A stretch of 64,000 bases of DNA from Nannocystis pusilla (lineage in GTDB: Bacteria > Myxococcota_A > Polyangia > Nannocystales > Nannocystaceae): the NCBI RefSeq assembly GCF_049060185.1, contig NZ_JBMEQO010000002.1; one strand, written 5' to 3'. The notes beneath the pieces were generated by a model, which was not told the origin of the DNA, did not search any database, and saw only the letters and a list, made by a program, of their open reading frames with translations. Position 1 is the stretch's first letter. The number at the start of each line of letters is the position of its first letter. The translations under genes were made by a program, and so were the position numbers. This document shows, one piece after another, positions 14,870 to 25,796 of this stretch.

Positions 14870-15491
14870 TCAATGATGAGTCTGCCGTCTGCATGAGCGC
14901 GCCCGGCGCTCGGGCGAAATGCATGCAGACGGTCCAGTCCGCTGGCGACGCATCCTAGCGGGGTTCCGCTGGCCGCGTCGCTCGGTCGACTCGCCCTGCA
15001 TCGACTCACGGGGGTTCTCGCCCTGGGTCATGCCGCTGCCGCCGCCCATGCCGCCCTGGCCGCTCGTCTGGCCCATGCGGCCCTGGCTGCCCTCGCCCTG
15101 GTTCATGCCGCCCATGCGGCCCTGGCTGGCGGCCTGGCTGGTACCTGCGCCGCCCCGCTCGCCCTGGCTCGTGCCTGCGCGACCGCCCTGGCTGCTCGTC
15201 TGGCCCATGCGACCGGCCTCGCCCTGGCCGGTCTGGCTCTCGCCCTGGGTGCGGCCCATCCGGCCGCTGCGCAGGACCTCCATGAGGTGGCGAGAGGCCT
15301 GCTCGATGTGCCGGGCGTCCTGCTCGTAGATCTGCTGCAAGAGCTCGACGCACTCGGGCGAGTTCGCCTGCTGCGCGTCCTGAATGTACTGCTCGTAGGC
15401 GCGGAGGGCCTCCGATTTGTGCTGGACGATGGTGACCCAATCGTAGGCGAGGTTGCTCAGGGGCTCTTGATTGCGCTTGTTCTCGTTCATG
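14870..15491 (-). CDS. hypothetical stress-like protein with helical N-domain and Gly/Gln-rich repeats
   Basis: MNENKRNQEPLSNLAYDWVTIVQHKSEALRAYEQYIQDA... is followed by GRMGQTS/GQGG low-complexity repeats. No family was securely recognised. Confidence 0.45.
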
Positions 15492-15959
15492 ATGAAATCT
15501 CCGGTCGCGCAGGTCTTTGATCGAATCGCCCGCGCGGGCCACCATTCGTTCGACTCGATCGGAGCCGCGGCGCGCGAGCCACGGGCCGCGTGCATGGCTT
15601 CGCTGGCTGCGAAGGCCTCGGCGTAGGCGGCGCACGAACGCGACGTCGGGTTCGGCACGCCTTGAGACGCAGCGGGGCGAGCCACCCTCGAGCGGACGAG
15701 CGCGCCGCGCTGGACCTCGAACCGGCGGCTGCTACGGTGAATGGTTTTCGGGCCCGGCGACACGGCGGTGGGCGTGGAACGGACGGGCCCGCCAGGGAAT
15801 GACGCAAGCGGCCGCGCGTGGTCGGCAGGCGACCGCGCGTCGCTTGCAGGTGCAGTTACTCGCCAGCGAGCGGCTGCGCCTGGTCAGGCGATCCGAGCAG
15901 GCGGCCGCGCGTCGCCCTCGGCGGCTGCGCCTGGTGAGCAGGCAACATCGCCAAAAGAC

Positions 15960-16560
15960 CGCGCAATGCCAGCGGGCGGAACGGTAATGCGAGCAGGTGA
16001 ACGGCAATGGGAGCAGGCGGAGCGGCGAGGCGAGCAGGTGCCAGCAGTGCGCAGCAGACGAACGACAATGCGGACAGGCGCCGGCGATGCGAGCAGGCGG
16101 AACGGCGACGCGGGCAGGTGCCAGCGATGCGAGCAGGCGGAGCGGCAATGCGAGCAGGGTCCGGCGATGTGAGCAGGCGGAGCGGCGAGGCGAGCAGGGG
16201 CCGGCGATGTGAGCAGACGGAGCGGCGATGCGAGCAGGCGGAGCGGCAATGCGAGCAGGCGGAACGGCGAGGCGAGCAGGTACCAGCGAAGCGAGCAGGC
16301 GGAGCGGCGATGCGAGCAGGCGGAGCGGCAATGCAAGCAGGCGGCCCGGCGATGCGAGCAGGCGGCCCGGCAACGCGAGCAGGCGGCCCGGCAACGCGAG
16401 CAGGCGCCAGCAATGCGAGCAGGCGGTCGCGTCACGCATCGCGGAGGGGCAGTGCGCAACGCGAGCAGGCGCCAGCAATGCGAGCAGGCGGTCGCGTCAT
16501 GCATCGCGAGCGACTGCGCAATGCGATCAGGCGGCCCGGTAATGCGAGCAGGCGGCTGCG
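15960..16560. repeat. array of about 30 copies of 9-bp core GCGAGCAGG separated by 10- or 12-nt variable spacers
   Basis: Read directly, e.g. gcgagcagg cggagcggcaat gcgagcagg gtccggcgat gtgagcagg cggagcggcgag. Units of 19 and 21 bp are interleaved, so it cannot keep a reading frame. It lies upstream of the 14870-15491 gene and downstream of the GT1 gene. Confidence 0.8.
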
Positions 16561-16674
16561 CGCTGCGCGGCGGGACGGGCGGCTGTGTGTCGCGAGCGAG
16601 CGACCGCGCGGGTTCGGCTCGCCGCGCGGCGAACTGGAGCCCGGGCGGCCGGAAGAGCGCGCAGGCGACGCCGC

Positions 16675-17820
16675 TCAGGGGTTGGCGACGGGCGGGGCGA
16701 CGAGGCGCGTCAGGACGGCCTCCATGACGCCCCAGGTGTCGTCCCACGAGCTGCCGCGCAGGCAGGTGTCGACGCGCTGCAGCCAGCGGCGACGGTCGGC
16801 GCGGTGGAGCTCGCACTGAACGGCGATCACGAAGTCCTCGGCGCCCTCGGCGATCGAGACCATGCCCTGGATGGCGTACGGGTTGATGACGTCGCGCAGC
16901 GGGGTGGCCACCACCGGCTTGCCGGCGGCCAGGTACTCGAGGGTCTGGGACGGCTTGGCGCGGCGGAGGGCGGCCTCGTGGTTGAAGGGCAGGAGGGCGA
17001 TGTCCCAGCCGGCGAGGTAGGCGGGCAGCTCGGCGTAGGACTTGGGCCCGAGCTCGTGGATGTTGGGCCGGGCGGGCAAGCGGGGCCGGTCGGAGCCGCC
17101 CTCGTGGTCGATGAGGACGATGTGGAAGTCGGTCCGCAGGTCGGCGACGGCGACCAGGAGGTCGATGTCGACGTCGCGGTCGAGGGCGCCGTAGAAGCCG
17201 AGGCGGGGGTGGGGGATGTCGCGCTGATCGGCCGGGTCGGGGCCGCCGGCGCGGGCGCGGGCGAAGTGCGCCAGGTCGACGCCGCGCGGCAGGAGGTGGG
17301 TGGCCGGGCCGAACTCGGGGCCGAGCGGGTCGTGGCCGGCGTCGACGAACACGGCGTCCGCCCGGCGCAGGGCCTCGTCCCGCAGGGCCTCGTCGCCCTC
17401 GAGCGGCGACCGCGGCCCGCCCGGGCAATCGTAGTAGATGGTGGCGACCGGCTTGAGGCGGCAGGCGGCCATGGCCCGCGGCGAATCGTGGCACAGGACG
17501 AAGCCGCCGAGGCCGAGGTCGCGGACGACGCCGTCGAGCAGGCCGCGCAGGAGGGCGGTCGCCTCGTCGCCGGTCAGGCCGCGCGGTACGAAGGGAGTGG
17601 CGACCACGAGACCCTCGCGGTGGTCGAAGTCCATCCGCGGCGGGCCGGCGGTCGGCACCACGGCCTCGACGAAGACGACGCGCCGTTGCCGCGCGCCGCG
17701 AGACAGGAGATGCCGCAGACGCCGGGGTATGGCCTCCCAGGCGAGCTGCGAGACCCACAGGACCGGATGGCCGCCGGCGCTCGCCTGCGCCGGCGGAGGC
17801 CGATCCATGTCGTTCAACAT
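16675..17820 (-). CDS. GT1/GT4-type glycosyltransferase
   Basis: HPVLWVSQLAW..., LGFYGALDRDVDIDLLVAVAD, ELGPKSYAELPAYLAGWDIALLPF and AAGKPVVATP match the retaining GT-B family layout. The longer upstream ORF extension is low-complexity. Confidence 0.7.
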   Translation of the reverse strand: MLNDMDRPPPAQASAGGHPVLWVSQLAWEAIPRRLRHLLSRGARQRRVVFVEAVVPTAGPPRMDFDHREGLVVATPFVPRGLTGDEATALLRGLLDGVVRDLGLGGFVLCHDSPRAMAACRLKPVATIYYDCPGGPRSPLEGDEALRDEALRRADAVFVDAGHDPLGPEFGPATHLLPRGVDLAHFARARAGGPDPADQRDIPHPRLGFYGALDRDVDIDLLVAVADLRTDFHIVLIDHEGGSDRPRLPARPNIHELGPKSYAELPAYLAGWDIALLPFNHEAALRRAKPSQTLEYLAAGKPVVATPLRDVINPYAIQGMVSIAEGAEDFVIAVQCELHRADRRRWLQRVDTCLRGSSWDDTWGVMEAVLTRLVAPPVANP

Positions 17821-18113
17821 ACCTTCGAGACCGGCTCTCATGTCCCAGGTATGGTCGGGTCCGCACGCTCGGCAACCCTCGGATTTTCCCTCGGTCGCCA
17901 GCCCCCGCCGGAGCCGGCGCCTGCGGTCCACCGCCCTCGGCCTGGGCAAATCGGGCGAACTGGGGAGTACTATCATTCGCCGCGTCCGGCAAATCGTCAT
18001 AGTCGAGCTTGTCCCGGCGCGGTAGCGCGCCATACTCCACCCCGCAATGCGGTCGCGGCGGGTCCCCGATGTCCGGAGGCCGGCGCGCCCGCGCCAGGAA
18101 ATACGAGGACGTC

Positions 18114-18518
18114 ATGCCTACCAGGGACGACAACCGCAACGAGAACAAGGGCGAGAACAAGGGCCAGCGCGGCGGTGGGCGCGGCTTCGCCGGGATGGAC
18201 GAGGACAAACAACGCGAGATCGCCAGCAAGGGCGGTCACGCCGCCCACGAGAAAGGCACCGCGCACGAATTCACGTCCGAGGAGGCGCGCGAGGCCGGAC
18301 GCAAGGGCGGCGAGGCGGTCAGCCAGGACCGCGAGCACATGGCCGAGATCGGCGCAAAGGGCGGTCACGCTTCGCACGGCGGCCGCCGCACCGGCGAGGG
18401 CCGCGGCGAGGAGGGCCGCGGCACGGACGAGGAGCGGGAGCGCCGTTCGTCGCAGTCGCAGCAACGCGGCGGGCAGGGCGGCGGACAGGGCGGGGGCATC
18501 GCCAGCGCTGAGGAGTGA
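18114..18518 (+). CDS. KGG-repeat stress-induced protein (YciG-like)
   Basis: Repeated IASKGGHAAHEKG, AGRKGGEAV and IGAKGGHASHGG motifs; small and highly charged. Confidence 0.7.
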   Translation: MPTRDDNRNENKGENKGQRGGGRGFAGMDEDKQREIASKGGHAAHEKGTAHEFTSEEAREAGRKGGEAVSQDREHMAEIGAKGGHASHGGRRTGEGRGEEGRGTDEERERRSSQSQQRGGQGGGQGGGIASAEE

Positions 18519-18564
18519 CTCGGCGGACCTCCATCGCGCGAGAGCCGGCTTCCTTTCGCGCGGT

Positions 18565-18975
18565 GCCGGGGCCGCTTGTTTGCATTGCCGGCCGGTCGCG
18601 CGGGCGGCGGGCCGCGAGGTGGTGAAGGGCGGCGGCGTCGGCATCGCGGGTCACCTGTTTTGCATTGCGGCGCGGGCGGGCGCGGGCGGCCGGCTACGAG
18701 TGATGAATTGCGGCATGATCGGCATCGCGGGTCGCCTGTTTGCATTGAGTCGCGGGCCGGGGCGGGCGGTCGGCTGGGAGTGATGAATCGTGGCGGGGTC
18801 GGCATCGCGGGTCGCCTGTTTGCATTGAGTCGCGGGCCGGGCCGGGGCGGGCGGTCGGCTGCGAGTGATGAATCGCGGCGGGTCGGCATCGCGGGCCGCC
18901 TGTTTGCATTGCAGCGCGGGGTGGCCGCGCGGTCGGCTGCGAGGCGAGGAATCGTGGCGTCGGGGCGGCGAATCG
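18565..18975. repeat. intergenic tandem repeat of about 81 bp, 4-5 copies
   Basis: cggcatcgcgggtcgcctgtttgcattg...gggcgggcggtcggctgNgagtgatgaatcg recurs at 18641, 18721, 18800 and 18884. Confidence 0.7.
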
Positions 18976-20325
18976 TCGCAATGGCCATGCGCATCATCGC
19001 GTTGCCGCGAGCGGGGAATCAGACGGGCGCAAGGAATCCTCGCCTCGACTCGCGGTGAGCCAGCATCGGTGCACGCGGATGGCCGTATCGTCCCGCTCGT
19101 CACGCGGACGCGGAGCGGCGGGGAGCCCCGTAGCGAGTCGCCGCAAGCAAATCGCATGAGGTGGATCTGGCGCGTCAGTTCGAGCGTCGAAATCGCCGTA
19201 TCGTCACGCTCGGTGGACCGGCTCGTGCAGTGAGTATTCGGCGACGCGGGGGCGCACTTCGAGGCGCGAATCACCGCCATGGCGAGAGCCGCGCGCCGGC
19301 GTGCATGGCTCCGATTCGTCGTAGGGTCTCGAGCGGTCGGGGCGATTGTTCCTCGCGCCGCATCGATCGTTTCAGGGGATCACCACGGAGAGGGCCCGGG
19401 CCGGCGTCGTCGGCGGCGCGACCGGCGGGCGCGAGGGCGCCGGCGGCGAAGCGGCCCAGGAGGCACGCGGCCAGCTCGTCGGGGTCGCGTCGCGCGTGCT
19501 CGGCGGCGGCGCGGACGCGGGCCAGGGCGGCGGCATCGGGGAAGTGGATCTCGAGCCGGCGCGGGTCGGGGCGCGGCGAGACCGGCCGCAGGTGCTCGCA
19601 CGCTGTTCCCTCGGTGGGGGAACGCCGAGCGTGCTGGCAGGGCCGGGCAGGACGCGATTCGGGAGCCCGCCGGCGCCGGGGCCGGCGGAATAGCGGACTC
19701 TGCGGAGGAGAATGTGCGTCGGGAGGCTGCGACGGCGATTCGGGGGCGAATGCCGGCAAAGACGGCCGTGGCGGGCCCGCGCGCCCCATGACGTGAGATC
19801 GCGGAGATTGGCGCTGGTGCATGCTCGGGGCGGCGAGGCTGCGACCGATTGTCGCGACCCGTGAGAGGGTCGGTCATTCGCAGACGTAGGCCGATCGGCG
19901 AGAGCGCTATGATCATAGTCGGCGTGGGGCGCGGCGCTCGCTCCGCCGGCGGAGCCGCCGCCGCTGCGATTCACGGGTGGCGGCGGCGGACGGCCGTCTG
20001 TTATAGTGAGCCGCCTCTGCTGTTGCGAGCGATCGTCGGAGGACGCCCTCGCTCGCCTTCACTGGACTCTACGCATTTTGACGCCCTTGCACCGACGTTC
20101 ATTCCTCATGATCACGCCGACGCGCCGTCCCTGCCCGAGAACCTCCTCCTCCGCGCACGATCGTTCGTTGCGAACCTCGTGGAGCTGCGGGGCTGAACGC
20201 CCCTTCGACCCGGTCCTCCGGCGCCGATTGGTGATCATGCACGCACTCGCTCGTTCCTCTCGCCGTGGTCCTGGGCCGGCGTCGGCCCGCGCGAACAGGC
20301 CGGGCCGGCGCGGCCGCTGCCGCCC

Positions 20326-22071
20326 GTGCGCGGGCTGGCGCCGCTGCTGCGGGCCGCGTGGGTGGCCCTGGCGCCCAGCCGGTCGCGGTTCTGGGCGTTC
20401 GTCGCCCTGTTCATCGCCGCCAACACTGCCGAGCTGCTGGTCCCGTGGGCCATCGGCTACACGGTCGGCGTGTTCGTCGAGCACGGCTTCTCGCAGGTCG
20501 CCTACGAGGGGGCGCTGCTCGGCATCGGCGCCTACCTCGGGCTGCGCTTCGTCAACATCCTGCTGCACCACCTGGGGCGCTACCTGCAGAGCGGGGTGGC
20601 CTACCAGGCGCGCATGACGACGATGACGGGGGTGTTCCAGGCGCTGCTCGGCTACGGGCTGCACTGGCACGTCGAGCGCCACACGGGCGAGAACCTGGCC
20701 AAGCTCAACCGCTCGGCGCTCGCGGTGGGCAACGTGGTCGGCCAGTATTCGTGGCAGGTGCTGGAGGGCAGCGTCAAGGTGGTGCTCGCCAGCGCGGCGC
20801 TGTGGGCCCTCGACGTGCGCGTGGCCGCCAACGTGGTGGTCATGGGCGGGGTCACGATCGCGGCGATGCTGTACTTCAACCGCCGCATGGTCGACAACAT
20901 CCGCCTGGTCAATCAATTCGACAACAAGGTCGGCCGGGTGTGCGTCGATTACCTGACGAACGTCGTCACGGTGAAGACGCTGAACCTCGAGGCGCTGGCC
21001 TGCGCCGACCTCGGGCGCCAGCGGGCCGAGGGCGGCGAGCTGGTGCGCCGGGTGTCGCGCTTCAGCGAGCTCAAGTGGGGCGCGGTGAGCTGCGGCTACG
21101 CGCTGGTGATGGCGACGTCGCTGCTGTGGTACTTCCACGGCGCCGGCCTGAAGGGCACCGCGCTCGACGTGGCGCAGGTCTACGTGCTCATCGCCTACCT
21201 CGACAAGATCTTCGGGGCGATCAGCTCCTTCTCGGCCTACTACGGCAACATCGTCGAGGCCTGCACGGCCTACGAGGACGCGAGCGAGCTGCTGCGCGGG
21301 TCGCCGACGGCGATGCCGGCGCCGACGGCCGCGCCGCGCTGGCGCGAGCTGCGGCTCGACGCGCTGGGGTTCAGCTACGCAGACGATGCGCGGGCCCTCC
21401 GCTGCGAGTCGCTGACGATCCGCCGCGGCGAGAAGATCGCGGTGGTCGGCACGAGCGGCGGCGGCAAGTCGACGCTGCTCAAGTTGTTGGCGGGGATGCT
21501 GCGCCCGGAGGCGGGCGAGGTGGCGTTCGACGGCCGCCGCAGCTCGTTCGAGGCGCTGGCCCAGCGCACGCTGCTGATCCCGCAGGAGCCGCAGATCTTC
21601 TCGGAGACGCTGCGCTACAACGTGACGCTCGGCGAGACCGTGCCGGAGGAGGTGCTGGCGCAGGTGATCCGCCTGGCGCGCCTGGGGCCGGTGATCGCCA
21701 AGCTGTCGGCGGGCTGGGACACGCACCTGGCCCAGAGCGGCCTCAACCTGTCCGGCGGGGAGCGCCAGCGGATCGCGCTGGCCCGCGGGCTGCTGCGGGC
21801 GCATTCGCGGGACCTGCTGCTGCTCGACGAGCCGACCGCGGCCCTGGACCCGCCGACCGAGCGCGAGGTGCTGGCGGCGATCTTCCAATCGTCGCCCGAG
21901 GCGACGGTGCTGGCCGCGTGCCACCGCTGGAGCTTGCTGTCGCTGTTCGACCGGGTGCTGTTCGTCGAGGACGGAGCAGTGCACGAGCTGTCGCCGTCGC
22001 AGCACCCGCGCGAGCGGCCGCTGTTCGCGCTGCCCGACGAGCGCCCGCACATGGCCTGCGAGCTGGCCTGA
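20326..22071 (+). CDS. ABC transporter, fused permease/ATP-binding exporter
   Basis: N-terminal 6-TM region, then Walker A GTSGGGKST, signature LSGGERQRIALARGLL and Walker B LLLLDEPTAALD. GTG start. Intact. Confidence 0.85.
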   Translation: MRGLAPLLRAAWVALAPSRSRFWAFVALFIAANTAELLVPWAIGYTVGVFVEHGFSQVAYEGALLGIGAYLGLRFVNILLHHLGRYLQSGVAYQARMTTMTGVFQALLGYGLHWHVERHTGENLAKLNRSALAVGNVVGQYSWQVLEGSVKVVLASAALWALDVRVAANVVVMGGVTIAAMLYFNRRMVDNIRLVNQFDNKVGRVCVDYLTNVVTVKTLNLEALACADLGRQRAEGGELVRRVSRFSELKWGAVSCGYALVMATSLLWYFHGAGLKGTALDVAQVYVLIAYLDKIFGAISSFSAYYGNIVEACTAYEDASELLRGSPTAMPAPTAAPRWRELRLDALGFSYADDARALRCESLTIRRGEKIAVVGTSGGGKSTLLKLLAGMLRPEAGEVAFDGRRSSFEALAQRTLLIPQEPQIFSETLRYNVTLGETVPEEVLAQVIRLARLGPVIAKLSAGWDTHLAQSGLNLSGGERQRIALARGLLRAHSRDLLLLDEPTAALDPPTEREVLAAIFQSSPEATVLAACHRWSLLSLFDRVLFVEDGAVHELSPSQHPRERPLFALPDERPHMACELA

Positions 22072-22143
22072 GCGCCGGCGGGTCTCGGGGCGCCGAGAGG
22101 GGCGCGTCGCTCGATGGCGATGCGCCCCTCCCTGCGTCGCCGC

Positions 22144-23231
22144 TCACAGGGCCGGGAGGAGCTTGTCCGTCAGCAGCTTGGCGGTGAGGCGATGCGGCTG
22201 CGGGCGATCGAAGTTGGTGGTGGTGATGACGACGACGACTTTCTGGGCCGGGAACACCTGCACTGTGTTGCCGCCGCTGCCGTTCATGGCCCACGACTCC
22301 CAGGTCCGGTCGCCGACCGGGAACCGCATCAGCCACCACAGGTAGCCGTACTCGACGCCGTCGTCGACGTGGGCGTGCGGCTGGACGGAGCGCGCGACCC
22401 ACTCGGCGGGCACGAGCTGCTGGCCGGCATGGCGGCCGCCGTCGAGGTAGAGCTGGCCGAGCGCCAGGAGGTCGCGGCTGCGCAGGCCGAGGCCGCCGCC
22501 GGCCTGCGGCAGACCCAGCGGCGAGTATTGCCATTTGGGATCGGCGATGCCGAGCGGCGTGAGCAACCTGCGCTGGGCGTATGCGTCGAGGCGCTCGCCG
22601 GTCGCGGCCTGCAGCACGGCGCCGAGCGTGGTCACGCCGGCGGTGCAGTAGCGGAAGTTGCGGCCGTGCGGCGAATCGGCCGGTTTCGGCATCCAGGCCG
22701 GGAAGCCCTGGATCGGCAGGTCGAGGTAGAACTTGACCCAATCCTCGACGAGGTACATGCGCTCCTCGTGGCCGCGCGAGAATTGATTCTCGTCGTGACA
22801 TTCGAGCAGCGACGACATGGTCAGCAGGTCCTCGACGGTGATATCCGCCTTGCGCGGATCGGGGTGCTCGGGGGCCCGTATTGCGCGAGGTAATCGAGGA
22901 TCGGGACCTGCGGGCCGGGCAGCTTGCCGTCGGCGATGGCCTGGCCGACCAGGATGCCGGCGAGGGTCTTGGTGGCGGACCGGGTGTTGCGCGGGGCCTC
23001 GCGTCCGCCGTCGTCGAAGTAATGCTCGTAGAGCAGCTCGCCGTCGCGCGCGACGAGGATGCTGGTGATCTGGCCGAACTCGCCGGCCTCGACGGCGCTC
23101 GTGAGGTCCTCGAGGCGGGCGGCGCGGGCGAGGCGAGCGGGGCCGGTGCGTCGGGTGCGCAGGAGGACGCGGCGTCTAGGAGCAGCAGGAGGGCGAGGGG
23201 GCAGGCGGCGAACAGCTTGAAGGTGGGCATC
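22144..23231 (-). CDS. serine hydrolase of the beta-lactamase (class C-related) family, secreted lipoprotein; 2 frame breaks
   Basis: Signal [18 protein letters not shown]; SxxK motif [16 protein letters not shown]; C-terminal part [13 protein letters not shown]...[19 protein letters not shown]. Three frames must be joined near 23130 and 22868, the latter in a G5 run. Confidence 0.6.
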
Positions 23232-23297
23232 GGCCGGGTCGGGAGAGGCGCGAGGCTAGCCGCGCGGCGGGGCCCGGTCTTGTACGCCGTGAACGTG

Positions 23298-24108
23298 TCA
23301 GGCCGGCCGCACGAGCCGGCGGAAGGCGGCGGGGGTGAGGCGGTAGGCGCGGTGAAAGGCGCGGCTGAAGTGGCTCTGGTCGACGTAGCCGCACTGGGCC
23401 GCGATGTCGGACAGGGGCGTGCGGTGGTCCCGCAGCAAGGCGCTGGCGCGCTCGAGGCGACAGTGACGCAGGTACTCGCCCGGGGAGCGGCCGTAGCGGG
23501 CCCGGAAGGCGCGCGAGAAGTGGACGGGGTGGACGTCGGCGGCGGCGGCGAGCTCGGACAGGCGCGGGGTGACTGCGCAGGTGTCGTGCAAGTGATCGCG
23601 GGCGCGCGCCAGCCAGGGCGGTCCGGACGAGCGCCGCTCGCGGGCGTCGAGCGCGGCCTCGGCGAGCAGCAGGTGGTACTCGGACTCGACGACGAGCGCG
23701 GAGGCGTCGTCCCAGCGGGGCATTCGTAGCACAGGCGATAGGCCGCGAGCAGAGCTGACGTCCCCAGCCGTACGGGGTGGTCGGGGAGCGGGCAGGTGGT
23801 GGTGGCGGCTCGCCAATTGTCGGTGGGGACGGACAGGGTGAAGAAGCGGCCGTCGAGGCCGCGGAAGCGATCGTGGTGGGTGGTGCCCGGCGGGTTGAGG
23901 ACGAGCGCAGGGTGGTCGCAGACGTCCGGCATGCCGCGCGCGCTGCTGAGATAGCGACCGGTGAGCAAGAGCAGGAAGTGGGCGTCCTCGTGGGTGTGCC
24001 GGTGAACCTCGTGCTCGGGCACGGTCGGCCGCAGATCGGCGAGCGCCAGGCCGTGAGCCGTCCGCCGCCGCTCGAAGAGGCCGAGGAAGTGTCCGGGACC
24101 GAACCGCA
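23298..24108 (-). CDS. AraC-family transcriptional regulator (cupin N-domain + HTH_AraC); 1 frame break near 23720
   Basis: N: EHEVHRHTHEDAHFLLLLTGRY...HPALVLNPPGTTHH. C: DVHPVHFSRAFRARYGRSPGEYLRHCRLERA...SHFSRAFHRAYRLTPAAFRR. Confidence 0.65.
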
Positions 24109-24449
24109 TGGCAGGGCCATGATGCCGCAGAACGGGACGGGACGGCGGGCTCTGCGGCGGGTGGGGTGGCGCCTGGGGGCGAGAGCTTGCGCGGGACGTC
24201 TCGCGCACGCTGCGTCAGCCGGCGCCGAGGTGCTGGGTATCCCGCGGCGAGCTGCGTCAGGCAAGCGCCGAAGCGACGCTCTCAGCAGTCGCGCGGGCTT
24301 CAGCCCGGGCGGCAATCACTCCTCGGGGCGAGGGCCATGATTGATATCAGCGGTACGAGCGGTGCCCGGCGGTGAGCAAGTCTGGGTGATGTAAGGATAA
24401 TGGGTAGCGCGGGTGGTCCGTGGGGCGGCCCCGGACTGCGCGGATCGGC

Positions 24450-24641
24450 CTACTGATCTTCGGGCAATTCCTCGATGTCGTCCGGAGACAGCTCCTCCTC
24501 GTCCTCGCCCTCGCCCTCGTACAGGGCTTCGAGGCTGGCCTCGGCCGCGACGAGAAAGTCGTCCTCGTCGAGGTTGCTCCACGGCTCCACGGTCGCGCCG
24601 TGGTGCTGTTCCGATCGGGTCTCGACTCGTTCGAGATGCAT
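24450..24641 (-). CDS. small acidic hypothetical protein of about 63 aa
   Basis: MHLERVETRSEQHHGATVEPWSNLDEDDFLVAAEASLEALYEGEGEDEEELSPDDIEELPEDQ. No family recognised. Confidence 0.3.
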   Translation of the reverse strand: MHLERVETRSEQHHGATVEPWSNLDEDDFLVAAEASLEALYEGEGEDEEELSPDDIEELPEDQ

Positions 24642-24945
24642 GGCGAGTGTTCCCTCCTCGGTGAGAGTTTGTTGGCAGTTGCCTGCGCGGCGGTTCTCAC
24701 TAATCGCCGGAGATGGGGCGTAGCAGGGCGTGCGGGGCGCTCGGCTGGGGTTCCCGTTTGCGCCCGCTGCAGAGTCGCAAGCCATCGCGCACGGTGCGCG
24801 GCGATCGAATCGATCCGTGTGCCTCGGGCTGCGGGGCGGGTGGCGGACGGTCTCAGCTGCAGACTCGCACGCCGGTACATCAGGCCGCTGCGGCAGACTC
24901 AGGAACTGTCAATGATGCTTGCCGCGACGGGCTCACCGGTTCTGG

Positions 24946-25796
24946 TCACCGGAGCTGCACCGAAGCAGGCAGGCGCTCCGGTTCGCACGCGGCGATCGCC
25001 GCCGACCAGGCGCGCAGCAGCGCGGCCTCGGAGAAGCGCCACCCCTGGGCGCGGTCTCGCGGCCCACCACGGCGCCGATCCTGCGGGCCTCGGCGAGCGG
25101 CATGCGAGCGGCCTCGGTCATGTCGAAGCCCGTCGGATAGGTGGTCGAGGCCGGGCTTTCGATGAGCTCGACGTCCTTCCCCTCCGCACGAGCCCCAGAA
25201 CGACACCACCCAGTTCTCGCGAACCGACGCCAGCAGGTCGTGGCGGAGGGCGAGCCCCTCGTTGCCCACGGGGAGCCGCTCGAGGGCGATAGCTCGCAGC
25301 AGATCGATGGGAGCGAGGGAAGCGCGATCACGCGCCCGTCGACCACCGCATGCACCGCCACGCCGTCGTCTCCGGCGATCAGGTGGAGCTCGAGGTGCTC
25401 GACCTCTCGGCTCGTCGAAAGCTCGCTCGCCGTCCAGTCCCAGTGCGTGTCGATCGAGACCGGCGGGCCCGCGAAGCGAACGCGGGACCATCGATCGAGG
25501 CTGCGGCGTACGCGATCGTCGGCGAGCTCGCCGACGCGGATCTCGTCGTCACCGCCGACCTGCCAGAGCGCGCCGAGGCGCACCTCCACGTCGAAGACAC
25601 ACTCGTCGATCAGCACGCCCACCGGGGCACCACAACGGCAGTGGAGGTTGGCGCTCCCGTCCTCGGAGAAGACGCCGCAGCACCCGTGGCCGCTGGTCTC
25701 CACCTGGAGGACGATGAGATCGTGGGGATGGATCGAGACGGGGAATGGGTGCGTCGGTACGCCCTGCGACAGCTCCCCGGCTCCGCCCGGCGCCAA
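24946..25796 (-). CDS. hypothetical protein with N-terminal Cys-rich segment; frame uncertain
   Basis: LQVETSGHGCCGVFSEDGSANLHCRCGAPVGVLIDECVFDVEV... continues into a second frame near 25320. No family recognised. Confidence 0.25.

Noticed and set aside
15884-18229. Very long minus-strand ORF (781 aa) and several plus-strand ORFs (16007-16819 and others) spanning the 9-mer array and the GT1 gene
   Set aside because: The translations are low-complexity Arg/Pro/Ala/Cys strings. The 19/21-bp interleaved units cannot hold a frame. A real GT1 gene occupies 16675-17820 in another frame. These are typical long ORFs of 72% GC DNA.
19271-19822. Minus-strand ORF with LEIHFPDAAALARVRAAAEHARRDPDELAACLL segment, possibly ribbon-helix-helix-like
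   Set aside because: The rest of the ORF is Pro/Arg low complexity. No start or RBS context or partner gene was recognised. Too weak to call.
21743-24208. 821-aa ORF overlapping the ABC transporter end, beta-lactamase and AraC genes
   Set aside because: It is a composite. It contains short real stretches (beta-lactamase signal peptide, AraC N-domain) joined by Pro/Arg/Ser low-complexity read-through. It is not a single gene.
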